The notes beneath the pieces are model-generated. The model had not been told where the DNA came from. It saw only the letters and a program-made list of their open reading frames with translations, and searched no databases. 64,000 nt of DNA from an uncultured bacterium (lineage in GTDB: Bacteria > Acidobacteriota > Thermoanaerobaculia > Multivoradales > JAHZIX01), in assembly GCA_965368975.1 (NCBI GenBank), contig CBDUPA010000007.1:217536-281535 (forward strand), in the 5' to 3' direction. A program made the position numbers and the translations under genes. This document shows, in pieces, positions 49,301-58,423 of this stretch. The first letter of the stretch is position 1. Every line of letters starts with the position of its first letter.

Positions 49301-52300
49301 GACCGAGGGGCTGAAGTCTCCGCCGGCCTGGCGGAAGGCTTCGGCGACTGCCGCGTCGAGGGCCTCCTCGTAGGAGTGGAACGTGCCGACCAGCACGTTG
49401 CCCACCAGGGCCTTGAACTTCTTCCCGTTGTTCTTGGCTCGGATCGCGATGCGCGGCAGGCTGTCGACCGCTTCCCCCATCGCCGCTTCGATCTGGCGGA
49501 TGGCGTCCCCGACCGCGTTGGCAGCGTCCTGGAGAGAGCCCGCGGCGTGGTCGACGTTGAGTTGCCCCCCTGTGACGGAGGCACCGACCGCGGTTCCGTA
49601 GCGCTGCGCGGTGTTGTTGGCGGAGTAGGCTTCGATCGCCAGATAGAAGGCACCGACCCACAGCGCCGCGGCAGCGCCGGCGCTCAGACCGGCGCCGGCA
49701 CCGCTGGTGCCACCCCCCAGGCCGGCAACACTGGAACCGGCGCTGAGCAGGCCATCGACCCCGGACCCAGCACCGCCAGACGTCGCACTGATAGCCAGCC
49801 GCTGCAGCTCCATCGCCGACCACTCGGCCAGCATTTGCACGAGAAGCTGCTTGAACTGCGACAGGATGTCGCCAAAGATGTCGCTGAACGACTCATCGCT
49901 TGCGCCAGCGAGGGCGCCGAGCGTCCGTTCCCAGCCCTGAAGCATCAAGCCCTGCGCATCTTCCCAGCCCTGGACCAGGGGCGCGTACAGCTCCTTCTGA
50001 CGCTCCTCGGCCAATCGGCGGCCGTCCTCGATTGCCTCCTGGCTCAGTACCTCCGCTTCGGTTTCAGCGTCGATCGCATCAGCGAGGCGCAGGCGCTCGG
50101 TCACCAGGTCCCGGATTTGCCGCAGGCGATCGGCATCGATCTCTCCGCCTTCGCGCGCGACCTGCGCGTGGATCGCCTCCTGGATGGTCAGTTCTCGCGT
50201 AGCGCTCGATGCGCGCCGCACAGCCTCGTAGACCTGCCTCATTCGCTCGACCTCGCGGTCCAGTTCGGCGGCACCTTCGCGCTGCTGGCGCTGTCGCTCG
50301 GCCTCGGCCCGCGCGGCGGCAACTCGCTCCTCGAGGACGGCCATCTCGAGCAGCTTGCCGGCGATTTGCGCCAGGGATGTCAGAGAGCCGGAAACGCCTT
50401 GCTTCTGAGCGATCGCAGCGGCGCGCGTGGCGAGCTTGTAGGCATCGACGGCATCGGCTCCCTGGTTCCAGGCAGCAGCGAGGCCTCGGAGGTCGCGTAA
50501 CTCGCCTTCGAAGCTGGCGCGGGCCTCTCGGCGGGCCTGCGCTAGTCGCTCAGCCTTGCGCGCTCGCTCCTCTTCGGCGTCGGCTGCCTCACGAGCTGCT
50601 TCGGCTTCCTGTTGCGCCTGGAAGATCGCGCGGGCCCGCTCTCTGGCAGCCTTCTCTTGCTCCTCGCGCCGGCGCTCGACCTCCTCGGTGATCTCGGCTT
50701 CTTTCGCGTGAAGTCTGGAGATGACGAACTCAAGCTGTGCCACCTGATTCTTGTACCGATCCAGTTCCTGAGAGGCTGCATCGAGTCCCTGTCGCTGCTG
50801 ATTGAACTCAGCAATATTCCGCGGCTTCGCGGCTTCCCTGGCAGCCTCTGCCAGTTGCAGCTTCGCTTGTGCTGCAAGCAGATCTGCCTCGCGCTCCTCG
50901 AGGAGTTGAGCCGTTCGCCGGCGGCTAGCTTCGGAGTACTCCTCAAGGCCCCAGTGCAGCCGCGAGAGGTGCGCTTCTGTTTCCGTCATCGCGGCGTTGT
51001 GATCCCGCATTGCCCGCTCGGCTTCCGACTCGCGAAGCGCGAAGAACGTGACGGCGGCAGCGGCAGCAGCGAGGCCGGCAGTCACCATGCCGAGTGGGGT
51101 AGCCAAGAATCCGGCGTTGAGAGCCGCCCAGCTGATGCTCGCTGCCCTGATCGCTGCCACCACTTGGCCGCCCAGAACGACGGCAAGAGCGCTCATGCCG
51201 GCGATAAGTACCGGCAACCACTTCGAGCTGAGATCCGACATCACGCTGACGCTGCGACCGAGCATCTCGGCGAGCGGCGCTCCCTGGCGCAACAAGGCCG
51301 TAACCGCCTCGGTCAGGTCCCGGACGCCTGGAGTGGCGTGCGCGCCGAAGGTGATGCCGAATGACTCGGCAGCCGAGATCATTGCCCGGAAGGAGCCTCC
51401 GAGATTGTCTTCCATGGTGGTGGCCATGTCCGCGGCTGCGCCGGACGTGGACTCCATCTCTTCGGTGAGCCGCTTCATGCCGTCCACCACGCCGCCCTGG
51501 GTCAGGAAGAGAGCGGCGGGGCCTGCGCGCTGCCCGAAAATCTGGAAGGCAGCACCGGCGTCAAGGCCCGCATCCGACAGTCGCTGCAGCACGGTCTCCA
51601 GGTCGACGAAAGCTGGGTTGACCTCCTCCCAGGTGAGACCGAGTCCCTCGAGTGCGTGCTGCGCCTGGCGTGACATGTTGGAGAGCTTCGCCAGGATGCC
51701 GCGCACCGCCGTACCAGCCATCTCGCCCTGGATGCCGGCGTTACCGAGCATTGAGATTGCCGAGATCACTTGTTCGAGATCCTGACCCAGGGCTGCCGAC
51801 GTCGGAGCCGCGTAGGCCATCGCATCGCCGAGCTGCGTCACGTTGGTGTTCGCGCGAGCCGTGGCAAGAGCGAGATCATCCGCCACCACGCCGCTCTCGT
51901 GGGCACCCATCTGGAACGCCGAGAGCACATTGCTCAAGATGTCGGCCGAGCGACCCAGGTCCAGCGCGCCGGCGCTGGCCAGGTTCAGCGAATCCGAAAG
52001 GCTGGCCAGGATGCCGGCGGCGCTGAAGCCGGCCCGCGCGAGGAATTCCTCAGCTTCAGCGGCCTGCCGGGCGGTGAAGCGGGTCGAGGCTCCGAGTTCA
52101 CGGGCTCGCTGGGACAGCTGCGCGAACTGGTCGTCCGTCGCGCCGGTGACCGCCTTGACGGTCGACATGGTGTCTGCGAAGCCAGCGGTGGCGTGCAGCG
52201 CCAGGCCCATCGCTAGAGCAAGGGCAGTAAGGCCTAGCTTCAACTGGCCGACGCGCTTCGAAAGGCCGTCGAAGTCACCTTGGGCCCGGATTGCTTGCTG

Positions 52301-52582
52301 AGCAGCCCCCTTGAGTGAGCCGGCAGTCTTTCGAGCCTGGCGACCGAGTTTCCGCAGTCCTTCGGCGGCCGCGCGCGCCCGACGGGCGGCACCGCTAAGA
52401 GTGTTGCTCAAGCCTCGCTTGGCGCGCTCCAGCATGCGGCTGCTGCGCGTCGACTGGTCCAGACTGCGCGAGGATCGGCGTACGGACCGCTCCATCTGCG
52501 ACAGTCCGCGGTCGACGCGACGCGATGCCCGAACCAGGCCGGATACATCGCCGTCTACTCGGAGAGTGACCGTCTCACTCAT
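46316..52582 (-). CDS. Tape measure protein (TP901-like core)
   Basis: 2088 aa helical; ARELGASTRFTARQAA, ANTNVTQLGDAM, AGIQGEMAGT. Confidence 0.95.
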   Translation of the reverse strand: MSETVTLRVDGDVSGLVRASRRVDRGLSQMERSVRRSSRSLDQSTRSSRMLERAKRGLSNTLSGAARRARAAAEGLRKLGRQARKTAGSLKGAAQQAIRAQGDFDGLSKRVGQLKLGLTALALAMGLALHATAGFADTMSTVKAVTGATDDQFAQLSQRARELGASTRFTARQAAEAEEFLARAGFSAAGILASLSDSLNLASAGALDLGRSADILSNVLSAFQMGAHESGVVADDLALATARANTNVTQLGDAMAYAAPTSAALGQDLEQVISAISMLGNAGIQGEMAGTAVRGILAKLSNMSRQAQHALEGLGLTWEEVNPAFVDLETVLQRLSDAGLDAGAAFQIFGQRAGPAALFLTQGGVVDGMKRLTEEMESTSGAAADMATTMEDNLGGSFRAMISAAESFGITFGAHATPGVRDLTEAVTALLRQGAPLAEMLGRSVSVMSDLSSKWLPVLIAGMSALAVVLGGQVVAAIRAASISWAALNAGFLATPLGMVTAGLAAAAAAVTFFALRESEAERAMRDHNAAMTETEAHLSRLHWGLEEYSEASRRRTAQLLEEREADLLAAQAKLQLAEAAREAAKPRNIAEFNQQRQGLDAASQELDRYKNQVAQLEFVISRLHAKEAEITEEVERRREEQEKAARERARAIFQAQQEAEAAREAADAEEERARKAERLAQARREARASFEGELRDLRGLAAAWNQGADAVDAYKLATRAAAIAQKQGVSGSLTSLAQIAGKLLEMAVLEERVAAARAEAERQRQQREGAAELDREVERMRQVYEAVRRASSATRELTIQEAIHAQVAREGGEIDADRLRQIRDLVTERLRLADAIDAETEAEVLSQEAIEDGRRLAEERQKELYAPLVQGWEDAQGLMLQGWERTLGALAGASDESFSDIFGDILSQFKQLLVQMLAEWSAMELQRLAISATSGGAGSGVDGLLSAGSSVAGLGGGTSGAGAGLSAGAAAALWVGAFYLAIEAYSANNTAQRYGTAVGASVTGGQLNVDHAAGSLQDAANAVGDAIRQIEAAMGEAVDSLPRIAIRAKNNGKKFKALVGNVLVGTFHSYEEALDAAVAEAFRQAGGDFSPSVRAALQSTAHSTIEGLLEHIQTAVEHRDLGLPQIVQDMREVDRIFEDQVRRFRELGLDLNGAITAWGDSLQALRDHIVGNQPDPFQQRLNMVDPFNQERDRREAELREELARYLHLLDQLMGAGGEISGMSHRVFNEASELGGEITAAIDVVVRSIGQAGGAVANRAEDLQQMIDAILAQLNALPDRIDPGDVRRGGNRQPIAEAREELDQILTLMERGDLSPTAAALERLAAESERAGEILARLRGEEHALAAERLAGAQAAARARILEDLDTRIADYASGGEQTAGGRVADLRGLRDELIEEVMELGLSAEETAARVNELTSAFEQQAEAVVQSVAAQIAQLDPIQSAAASIEQLHQQAANLRAEVDSLNISDERKEAMATAIQRALENALESAELGVLDRLFGYLGESREFLQQQRDLAERRLEMEFAILKAQLQALGVWDQYADVWQAARDAAMEAATATQAAAEAQREVSLSELSPVAAGVDEVTSIRAKAEELRDQIRETTRSYVEAAEQLAEVDLAESQALVLKEHQLIEGLFRYLGTAEGYEERRLELALQALEIERLKLEAQLRALGVWDEWADLVDEAFGARAESLKEEIRASASASTTGYVGGGTAGALGNPLVDNVTRLLDQLSAIAGTEQLSPAEQLERSLAQLGEIRDQLAGLDSQAALLAQFGVDLGEARQKVTDTEQALIDDFFERLTASSEPEGIQARLDAINEEYDAYVELAERYGKDVLAVEEKRAEVITALMEEVTGGLRGLYDELSGGTSPFSHLSARDELGSARSAYDQTLAAAQAGDLEALQSLEGVAQRLLQAGEAMYGPTAALGALSDMVRGDIEPFVTGYIPGDQLPTPDVSFMAEMAARTQEQLWHQITSGAQLIAGPPEWWQVSAPQPEALERTGTDLLPLPLPVQETQHKLEKALLVDEIRELRREVVKQGEQRNREVSSLRSEVARLTRQQGRQAAGAAEQRDRQIRLLQPAADFRRGARPDIEE

Positions 52583-52989
52583 CGCCGACCGGCTTTCTTC
52601 TTCGCGAGCTCGCGTTCGAAGTCCTCGCGATCAAGACGAGCTTGCAGGGCGCGCATGCGCCGCCACATCTTGATCGCCGCTTCGCGCTCATCCGGGTCCA
52701 CAATGCCGAGGTCGTCGAGCACGTAGTGCATATCAGGCAGGCCGATCCGCTCCAGGCCCGCCAGCTCGAAGTACCCGCACCAGACGAATTCCCACTCAGG
52801 CGGGATTTCAGGTGGCAGGTCCGGGCCCTCCTCTTCCGGATCTGATGTCGTCGCGTGGCCGGACAGATCCAGGAAGTCAAGGTCCGGTGACTCCTCTTCT
52901 TCGTCGTCCTCTTCGTCGTCGAGAGCTTGGCGCTCTAGCTCGTCTCGGTGGTCGTGTGTCCACCGTAGGCGTCGCAGGACTTTTTTCCC
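52579..52989 (-). CDS. Tail assembly chaperone C-terminal extension (gpT-like) via -1 frameshift
   Basis: G GGA AAA AAG slippery site; -1 frame open for 134 codons to a TGA overlapping the TMP ATG. Confidence 0.8.
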   Translation of the reverse strand, partial: GKKVLRRLRWTHDHRDELERQALDDEEDDEEEESPDLDFLDLSGHATTSDPEEEGPDLPPEIPPEWEFVWCGYFELAGLERIGLPDMHYVLDDLGIVDPDEREAAIKMWRRMRALQARLDREDFERELAKKKAGRR

Positions 52990-53777
52990 GCCTCGCCGAC
53001 CTCCTGCTCGCGGTACTGCTCCTCGTTCCAGGCTGCGCAGTACAGGTCGAACAAGACATCCTCGTCTTCGACGAGCTCCGCGATCAGCTGCTTGAACTGA
53101 TCGTGGTCCAGGTTGTTCACTGGATCGCCGGGGCCGTCGTAGATCACGGTGGAATCCGTATCGGGCCAGCGAGCCGGCCAGCTGACACGCATGCGACAGT
53201 TCCAGTGCGGAATTGCCGACTCACCCTCGTCAGCCTCTTCGTTTCGGCGGGCGACTGGCCCGTCGAACCACATCTCAAAGATGGGGTCGACCTCATCCCA
53301 GAGCTCTTTCTCGGCGTCCCAAGTCTCCAGCAGGTAGACCCTCGGCGGGCAACCCTCAGGAGGTACGAAGGTGTCAGCCTGATCATTCTCGACCTCGAGC
53401 GACTGGAGCCAGTCATCGCCAAGGTCTACCTTGTCGGCGGTTGCCCGGATGGAGACGACCAGATGGTCAACGAAGCCCTGGCGCACGGCATCCTTGGAAG
53501 GGTCATCCATGCCGCGCAGCCCGTTGGGCGCCCACGGCAGTGAAAGGGTGGGACCAGAGTCCCCCTTTCGGCGACGCTGGCCCTTGCGCCGCTGCGCTAT
53601 GCCAGCGAAGTGGCGCTGCATGTGCTTTTGAAAGCCCACTGTAGTGAGCGGCCGCAGGCCGACCATTGAGAGCCCATCATCCATGAAGGCAAGGAAGTAT
53701 CGGAACGGCACCTTGCGCTTGACGCTCTTGGCGCCGCGAGCGATCGACGTCGCGAGACCTGATTTCTTCTTTCCCAT
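52935..53777 (-). CDS. Tail assembly chaperone (gpG-like)
   Basis: Between tail tube and TMP; ends just after GKK slippery site. Confidence 0.75.
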   Translation of the reverse strand: MGKKKSGLATSIARGAKSVKRKVPFRYFLAFMDDGLSMVGLRPLTTVGFQKHMQRHFAGIAQRRKGQRRRKGDSGPTLSLPWAPNGLRGMDDPSKDAVRQGFVDHLVVSIRATADKVDLGDDWLQSLEVENDQADTFVPPEGCPPRVYLLETWDAEKELWDEVDPIFEMWFDGPVARRNEEADEGESAIPHWNCRMRVSWPARWPDTDSTVIYDGPGDPVNNLDHDQFKQLIAELVEDEDVLFDLYCAAWNEEQYREQEVGEAGKKSCDAYGGHTTTETS

Positions 53778-53779
53778 GA

Positions 53780-55024
53780 TCAGCTCACCGGGTTGAAGTG
53801 CTGAATGAGCAAGGACCGGCCGCCGGCAGCTTCGTCAGGCTCGGCCTGCGCCTGGCCCTGGAGAGTCATCGCCCGACTTGGCTCGCCTGCCTCACGGGAG
53901 GCCTGAGTAAAGACGCTGGCGCCGGCCCGGTAGCGGTAGACGTGATCGGTCGCCGTGCGCCCGACACCCCAAGACAGCTCGGTGGGCTCCCCGGCCTTGA
54001 ACTTCTGGATCAGATCGTGCAGCTCGGCGACCGCGGCGACCGCGTCCATCACGGTCAGGTTGAGCCCCAAGTTGAAGCTGATATCGCCGAGCACCTTGGA
54101 CGCGTCACCGAGGGTGCCGGCGTCCGGAATGCCCTGCACGTCGCGCTGAGCCTGGATCGACATCGTTCCGCTGGGGAGCGTCACGAGCCCCGATCCCCGA
54201 CGAATAAGGGAGACGTGGCGGTGTGTCATGGCTCGGCCGTAGGCGGGCGTAGTCGGTAGGCCGACCAGTGAAGACGCGGTGTTGACGGCGCCCTGGTTCG
54301 GCAAGCCGGCCACGGACATCAGGCTGGCGTCGACGCTGAGCTGGCCCTTCTCGGAGCGGTTCCAGTTCCACGCGGTGGCGATGAGCCCGTACCAGAGCTG
54401 CCAGTCTCCGTTGGAGAACCGCTCCTCGAGAGTGGCCACCTGCGGCGTATTGCCGGGAGCGATCCACTCACCCATGACGACCTTGCCGCCGTCGGCCATC
54501 GCCTCGTCGGCGAGCACCAGCGAGTTCGGGTCGATGACCAGCTCGCCGCTGCTCTTGTCGATGACGTAACCCTGAGGGCGCGCGGCCGGTGCGCCGCCGG
54601 GAAGCGTTACGCCGGCCAGGCCCGTCAGATCGACGTAGGTGTACAGGTCGACCGGATCGAGCTTCGCGGCCGGGCCGACGATCTTGTTGGTAGCAGAGAC
54701 CGTCGTGATGTCGCCGGCGGCGGCGGTGGTGGCGTGCTCCGGCGTCCACGGCGAGAGCATGAGCATCTGCTGCACTAGGTGCCAGCCCAGCGGCACATCT
54801 CCGCCACGGATCGAGTAGTTGGCCTCGTAGTCGGTCGGGATCACCGGGCCGGCCTGCATATCATCCCGCGCACGCGGATCGCGCTCCACGGATTGCGAGT
54901 CCGCCATGCCTCCACCGGTGCGGTAGAGGACTTGGTGATCGCCGCCGGCCAGGTTCATGGTTTCGAGGTCGCTTTGCAGCGCCAGGGTGGCGCGATAGCG
55001 AGAGGATGAAGCTCCGAATGGCAT
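53780..55024 (-). CDS. Major tail tube protein
   Basis: Position after terminator; PG...TLEERF pattern. Confidence 0.7.
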   Translation of the reverse strand: MPFGASSSRYRATLALQSDLETMNLAGGDHQVLYRTGGGMADSQSVERDPRARDDMQAGPVIPTDYEANYSIRGGDVPLGWHLVQQMLMLSPWTPEHATTAAAGDITTVSATNKIVGPAAKLDPVDLYTYVDLTGLAGVTLPGGAPAARPQGYVIDKSSGELVIDPNSLVLADEAMADGGKVVMGEWIAPGNTPQVATLEERFSNGDWQLWYGLIATAWNWNRSEKGQLSVDASLMSVAGLPNQGAVNTASSLVGLPTTPAYGRAMTHRHVSLIRRGSGLVTLPSGTMSIQAQRDVQGIPDAGTLGDASKVLGDISFNLGLNLTVMDAVAAVAELHDLIQKFKAGEPTELSWGVGRTATDHVYRYRAGASVFTQASREAGEPSRAMTLQGQAQAEPDEAAGGRSLLIQHFNPVS

Positions 55025-55033
55025 CAGGGACTC

Positions 55034-55477
55034 CTAGTTGAGCGGGGCCGTGACTTCGACCGTGATGCGGCAGCGCAGATCAACGCGCCAGTCGCCGCCC
55101 TCTGGGTGAGAAGTTGCGAGAATGGGTGATTCGAACTCCAGGCACAGTTGGCCAGCTTCGACGCGGGCGCCGCGCAGCTCGTCGCCGAGAGCGGTGTGCA
55201 GGTCGAGCAGCTCGCCTTCGGTGTCGGCGCCGTCTGGATTGGGATGAACCAGAATCAGCAGCAGGTCGAACTGGTGACCCTGCTGGATCTCGCCTCCAAG
55301 ATCGCTACTCAGGTCGACGGGCTGAGCCGCCTCCGTCCAGTAGGCGTAGACCTCCGGCCCGCTCGCTGGCGGCCGCTCTGCAGGGAGCCCCCAGTAGACG
55401 ACCGCGTCCGCCGCGGCGGCGATGACCTCGCCTTCGACCTTGACGCGCAGAGCGTCTCGAAACGCGCGGAGGTTCAT
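55034..55477 (-). CDS. Putative tail terminator
   Basis: Size and position in neck cluster. Confidence 0.55.
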   Translation of the reverse strand: MNLRAFRDALRVKVEGEVIAAAADAVVYWGLPAERPPASGPEVYAYWTEAAQPVDLSSDLGGEIQQGHQFDLLLILVHPNPDGADTEGELLDLHTALGDELRGARVEAGQLCLEFESPILATSHPEGGDWRVDLRCRITVEVTAPLN

Positions 55478-55800
55478 AGCGGACCCCCGAGGATTGCCGC
55501 GACATTTGCGAGGGCCGGTCCGGTGATGCCGGCAGCGGCCGAGAGAGAGCCGATGGCCCGACCATTCCGGTCGAGACGCCGGCCGCCATTGACGTACGGC
55601 GCCCCGGGGTGGTTCGTCACCCAGGCCCAGGCAAGGCCGGCAGACTGCTGCAGCTGCCAGGAGTCCGGCAGGGTTTTACCTGGGCTGTTGCGCCGCAGCT
55701 CTTCACCGGTCAGATCCCGCGCTCGCGCGGAGAACCTCGCGGCTGCCGAATTGACGGCGGATACCGCGCGACCCCTTCCGAGGAGGCGGCGAGAGATCAC
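55474..55800 (-). CDS. Putative tail completion (HK97 gp10-like) protein
   Basis: SPGKTLPDSW...NHPGAPYVNGG...S..AAGIT pattern; position. Confidence 0.55.
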   Translation of the reverse strand: MISRRLLGRGRAVSAVNSAAARFSARARDLTGEELRRNSPGKTLPDSWQLQQSAGLAWAWVTNHPGAPYVNGGRRLDRNGRAIGSLSAAAGITGPALANVAAILGGPL

Positions 55801-55837
55801 GCGGCACCGCCAAGTTCGATGTAGTGACCGGAATCCA

Positions 55838-56158
55838 TCACGCCTCCAGGAACAGCTCGATCAGGAGCTCGGTCTCGCCGCAGTCGCCGAGCACCTTGTA
55901 GTCCTCGATCGCGTGCAGCGCGCCAGCGAGCTGGACGCGGTAGCGGGTCCAGGCCACGGCGCCAGCCGGCTTGGGGATCCGCGCACGCAGCTTGTTGCGG
56001 GAACGCTTGAGCCGCGCCGTCTCTTCAGGAGAGAGAGTCGTCACCCGCCCCTTTCCACCCTCGGGCGCGTCCTGACCAGTGAAGGCGAAGTCCACCTCGC
56101 CCTCGACCTGCGCGGCGCGAAGCTCGGAAAGGCGCCGGGCGTGTGCTGCCTGTCTCAT
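55838..56158 (-). CDS. Putative head closure protein
   Basis: ATGA-coupled to connector; 106 aa. Confidence 0.5.
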   Translation of the reverse strand: MRQAAHARRLSELRAAQVEGEVDFAFTGQDAPEGGKGRVTTLSPEETARLKRSRNKLRARIPKPAGAVAWTRYRVQLAGALHAIEDYKVLGDCGETELLIELFLEA

Positions 56159-56691
56159 CCGCCGAGCCTCAGGAACTCGATGCAGCGCTGGACGACCGGG
56201 GGATCGTCCTTGCGCGGCTTGACTGATACGCCGTCGCTCGTGGTGATGTCGTCGGCGTTGGAGACCCACCATGTGGCAGCGAGAGACAAGACAGCCATCT
56301 TGACCAGGTCCGGAACCTCCTCGAGGCTCCAGCCGCTCTCGTACGAGATCTCGATGCTGGCGCCAGAGCTGGACCAGCTCGTCGCGGGACGGATCCTGTT
56401 CAACTCGCGCCCCCGTACCACCTCGACGGCGACTCCAGCGTCCGAAACCTGGAGAGTGCCCTCGTTCGGCACGTCCTGGAGGTACACCGGATTCGTCAAA
56501 CAGGTCGGCGCCGTGGCGCGCTCAGTGCGAGTCGCTGCCGGGAAGATCTGGCGGCCACCTGAAGAGTCTCGCAGATACTCCAGGGCGGCGTAGTGCGCCA
56601 TCTCCAGCTCCTCGTCCAAGGCATTGCCGTCGCTCACGCCCAGGACGCGGCGACGGAGTGCCTCGATCGAGAACAGGAGAGGGCGCGCCAT
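56155..56691 (-). CDS. Head-tail connector/adaptor
   Basis: IEISYESGW...VPDLVKMAVLSLAATW motif. Confidence 0.75.
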   Translation of the reverse strand: MARPLLFSIEALRRRVLGVSDGNALDEELEMAHYAALEYLRDSSGGRQIFPAATRTERATAPTCLTNPVYLQDVPNEGTLQVSDAGVAVEVVRGRELNRIRPATSWSSSGASIEISYESGWSLEEVPDLVKMAVLSLAATWWVSNADDITTSDGVSVKPRKDDPPVVQRCIEFLRLGG

Positions 56692-56694
56692 GAC

Positions 56695-56862
56695 TTACGC
56701 CTTCGCCTTCGCCTTAGGATCGGCCTTCGGCTCTGCCGCTTTCTTGACGATGCCGGACTTCTCCCAGGCCTCGAGCGGATAGTCGGGGTGGTCCTTGGAG
56801 TCCAGAACTTCGCCGACCTTCAAGGCCTTGACTGTCACCGGCACCATCACTGTGTACTTCAC
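56695..56862 (-). CDS. Small Lys-rich virion-associated protein (55 aa, not in ORF track)
   Basis: GTG...MKYTVMVPVTVKALKVGEVLD...KAKAKA; overlaps the upstream stop. Confidence 0.6.
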   Translation of the reverse strand: MKYTVMVPVTVKALKVGEVLDSKDHPDYPLEAWEKSGIVKKAAEPKADPKAKAKA

Positions 56863-57080
56863 TGGCTTGCTCCCTTCTTCTCGGCCGCGCGCGCGGCCGC
56901 CTCGTCGGCCTTCTTGAGCTCAGCTTCGGAAAGAAGCTGGCCCTCCAGGAGGTCCGCCCATCCGAGATTCACCCACCGGGTGAGTACTCGCTCCGGGAAC
57001 TCCTTGGAGCTGACCTCCACGCCGGGATTCAGCGGGAAGTCGCGATTGGTTGAAATGGCGCTCTTGATACGAACCTTCAC
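56859..57080 (-). CDS. Small virion-associated protein
   Basis: AAGGAG RBS after capsid stop; MKVRIKSAIS...WVNLGWA. Confidence 0.65.
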   Translation of the reverse strand: MKVRIKSAISTNRDFPLNPGVEVSSKEFPERVLTRWVNLGWADLLEGQLLSEAELKKADEAAARAAEKKGASQ

Positions 57081-57091
57081 AGCAGGACTCC

Positions 57092-58423
57092 TTACGCCGG
57101 GACGTTGAGAATGCGGTAGTGGTTGGGGTAGGCGATGCCGCCCCCGTACCGCGCGGTCAACATGTAGCCGTAGAGGCCCTGGGTGTAGAACTTCTCGTCG
57201 AACACCTTCACCCGAATCGAGTGGCGATCGATGATCTGGTAGGTGCGCCCCAGATTGCCGAAGCCGGCAACGTCGGCGGAGGTGCCGACCGACGGGACGG
57301 CGCTTGGACCGTCGATGTCGTGGACCGCCCAACCGGCGAGCATCTCCGGCGCCTCCAGCGTCACGCGGTGCTGGACCATGTAGTCGCCGTTGGAATTCTT
57401 CTCGAGCAGGAATTGCGTCAGCAGTTCGGGGCTGGTCAGGATCTGGCACTGCCCCTTCTTGCGCACCTTCTTGGGTAGTGCCCGAATCAGGCGGAGCATG
57501 TCGTCCAGGGTTACCGCGCCCGGGGAGAGCGTCGAGAACCGGGGAATCCACCAGTTCTCCAGTCCTGCGATCTGCTGAAATAGCCCCTCGGGTTCGAGCA
57601 GGCCGTCGCCGGCACAGAACTTGTTGTCTTCGATGTCGCCGATGCCATCGCGCGCGCCAGCGAGCAAGGCCTGTCGCAGCTGGACCGTATTGTCTTCGAC
57701 CAGGTTGCGACCGATCAGGATCAGGACATTGAGTTCCTTGACATGGATCGAGCCGTACTTCGGGTCGGGGTTCTGAATGATGTCGGCCTCGACCTTCTCG
57801 CCCGTCTCGAGTGAGCCAAAAGTCGCGGTAGCGTTCGGGATCATTCCGCGCTTCGCACTATCGCCGGCGACCGGGATCGCGCGGCAGTGTCGGCGGAAGA
57901 TGCGATCCTCCGGCAGGTCACGGCGAAGAGCTCGCAGATCCCGCTCCGGGATGATGGGCTTGTTCGAGGCATCCTCGACGAGGGATAGCCTCACGCCACC
58001 CTGAGCGCGTTGCGCCTGGAGCTGCGCGAGCTCCTTGACAGTGGTTTCGCCCTGGAGATGCTTGTAGAAGGCGTCCTGCTCTTCGTTGAGCTTGTAGCTC
58101 TTGTCGGTCGCTTCGTCGCGGTCCTGGCGGAGCATTTCGGCGGCGCGAAGTTCGGTCGCCAGCGTCCGCATCTCGTCGCGCATCTGCACGACATCTGCGC
58201 CGATTCGCTGGACCTTCTCTTCCACCTCGGAGGCTGGCCGTCCCGCTGCGCGCATCTGCGCAACCTCGGTTCGGAGCGTGTCCGTGGTCTCTCTGAAGCG
58301 CTCCACTTGGCCGCTCAGCCTCACGATGACATCGCTTGGTGACCGGCTCACGTCCTCCTCGGTCACGGTCACCGTGACGTCGGGTTTCGGGTCCTGGTTT
58401 TGTTCTGCTACTGGTTCGGGCAT
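57092..58423 (-). CDS. Major capsid protein, HK97 fold with N-terminal scaffolding (delta) region
   Basis: Coiled-coil N-terminus; EDNKFCAGDGLLEPEGL; FGNLGRTYQIIDR; ARYGGG. Confidence 0.9.
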   Translation of the reverse strand: MPEPVAEQNQDPKPDVTVTVTEEDVSRSPSDVIVRLSGQVERFRETTDTLRTEVAQMRAAGRPASEVEEKVQRIGADVVQMRDEMRTLATELRAAEMLRQDRDEATDKSYKLNEEQDAFYKHLQGETTVKELAQLQAQRAQGGVRLSLVEDASNKPIIPERDLRALRRDLPEDRIFRRHCRAIPVAGDSAKRGMIPNATATFGSLETGEKVEADIIQNPDPKYGSIHVKELNVLILIGRNLVEDNTVQLRQALLAGARDGIGDIEDNKFCAGDGLLEPEGLFQQIAGLENWWIPRFSTLSPGAVTLDDMLRLIRALPKKVRKKGQCQILTSPELLTQFLLEKNSNGDYMVQHRVTLEAPEMLAGWAVHDIDGPSAVPSVGTSADVAGFGNLGRTYQIIDRHSIRVKVFDEKFYTQGLYGYMLTARYGGGIAYPNHYRILNVPA

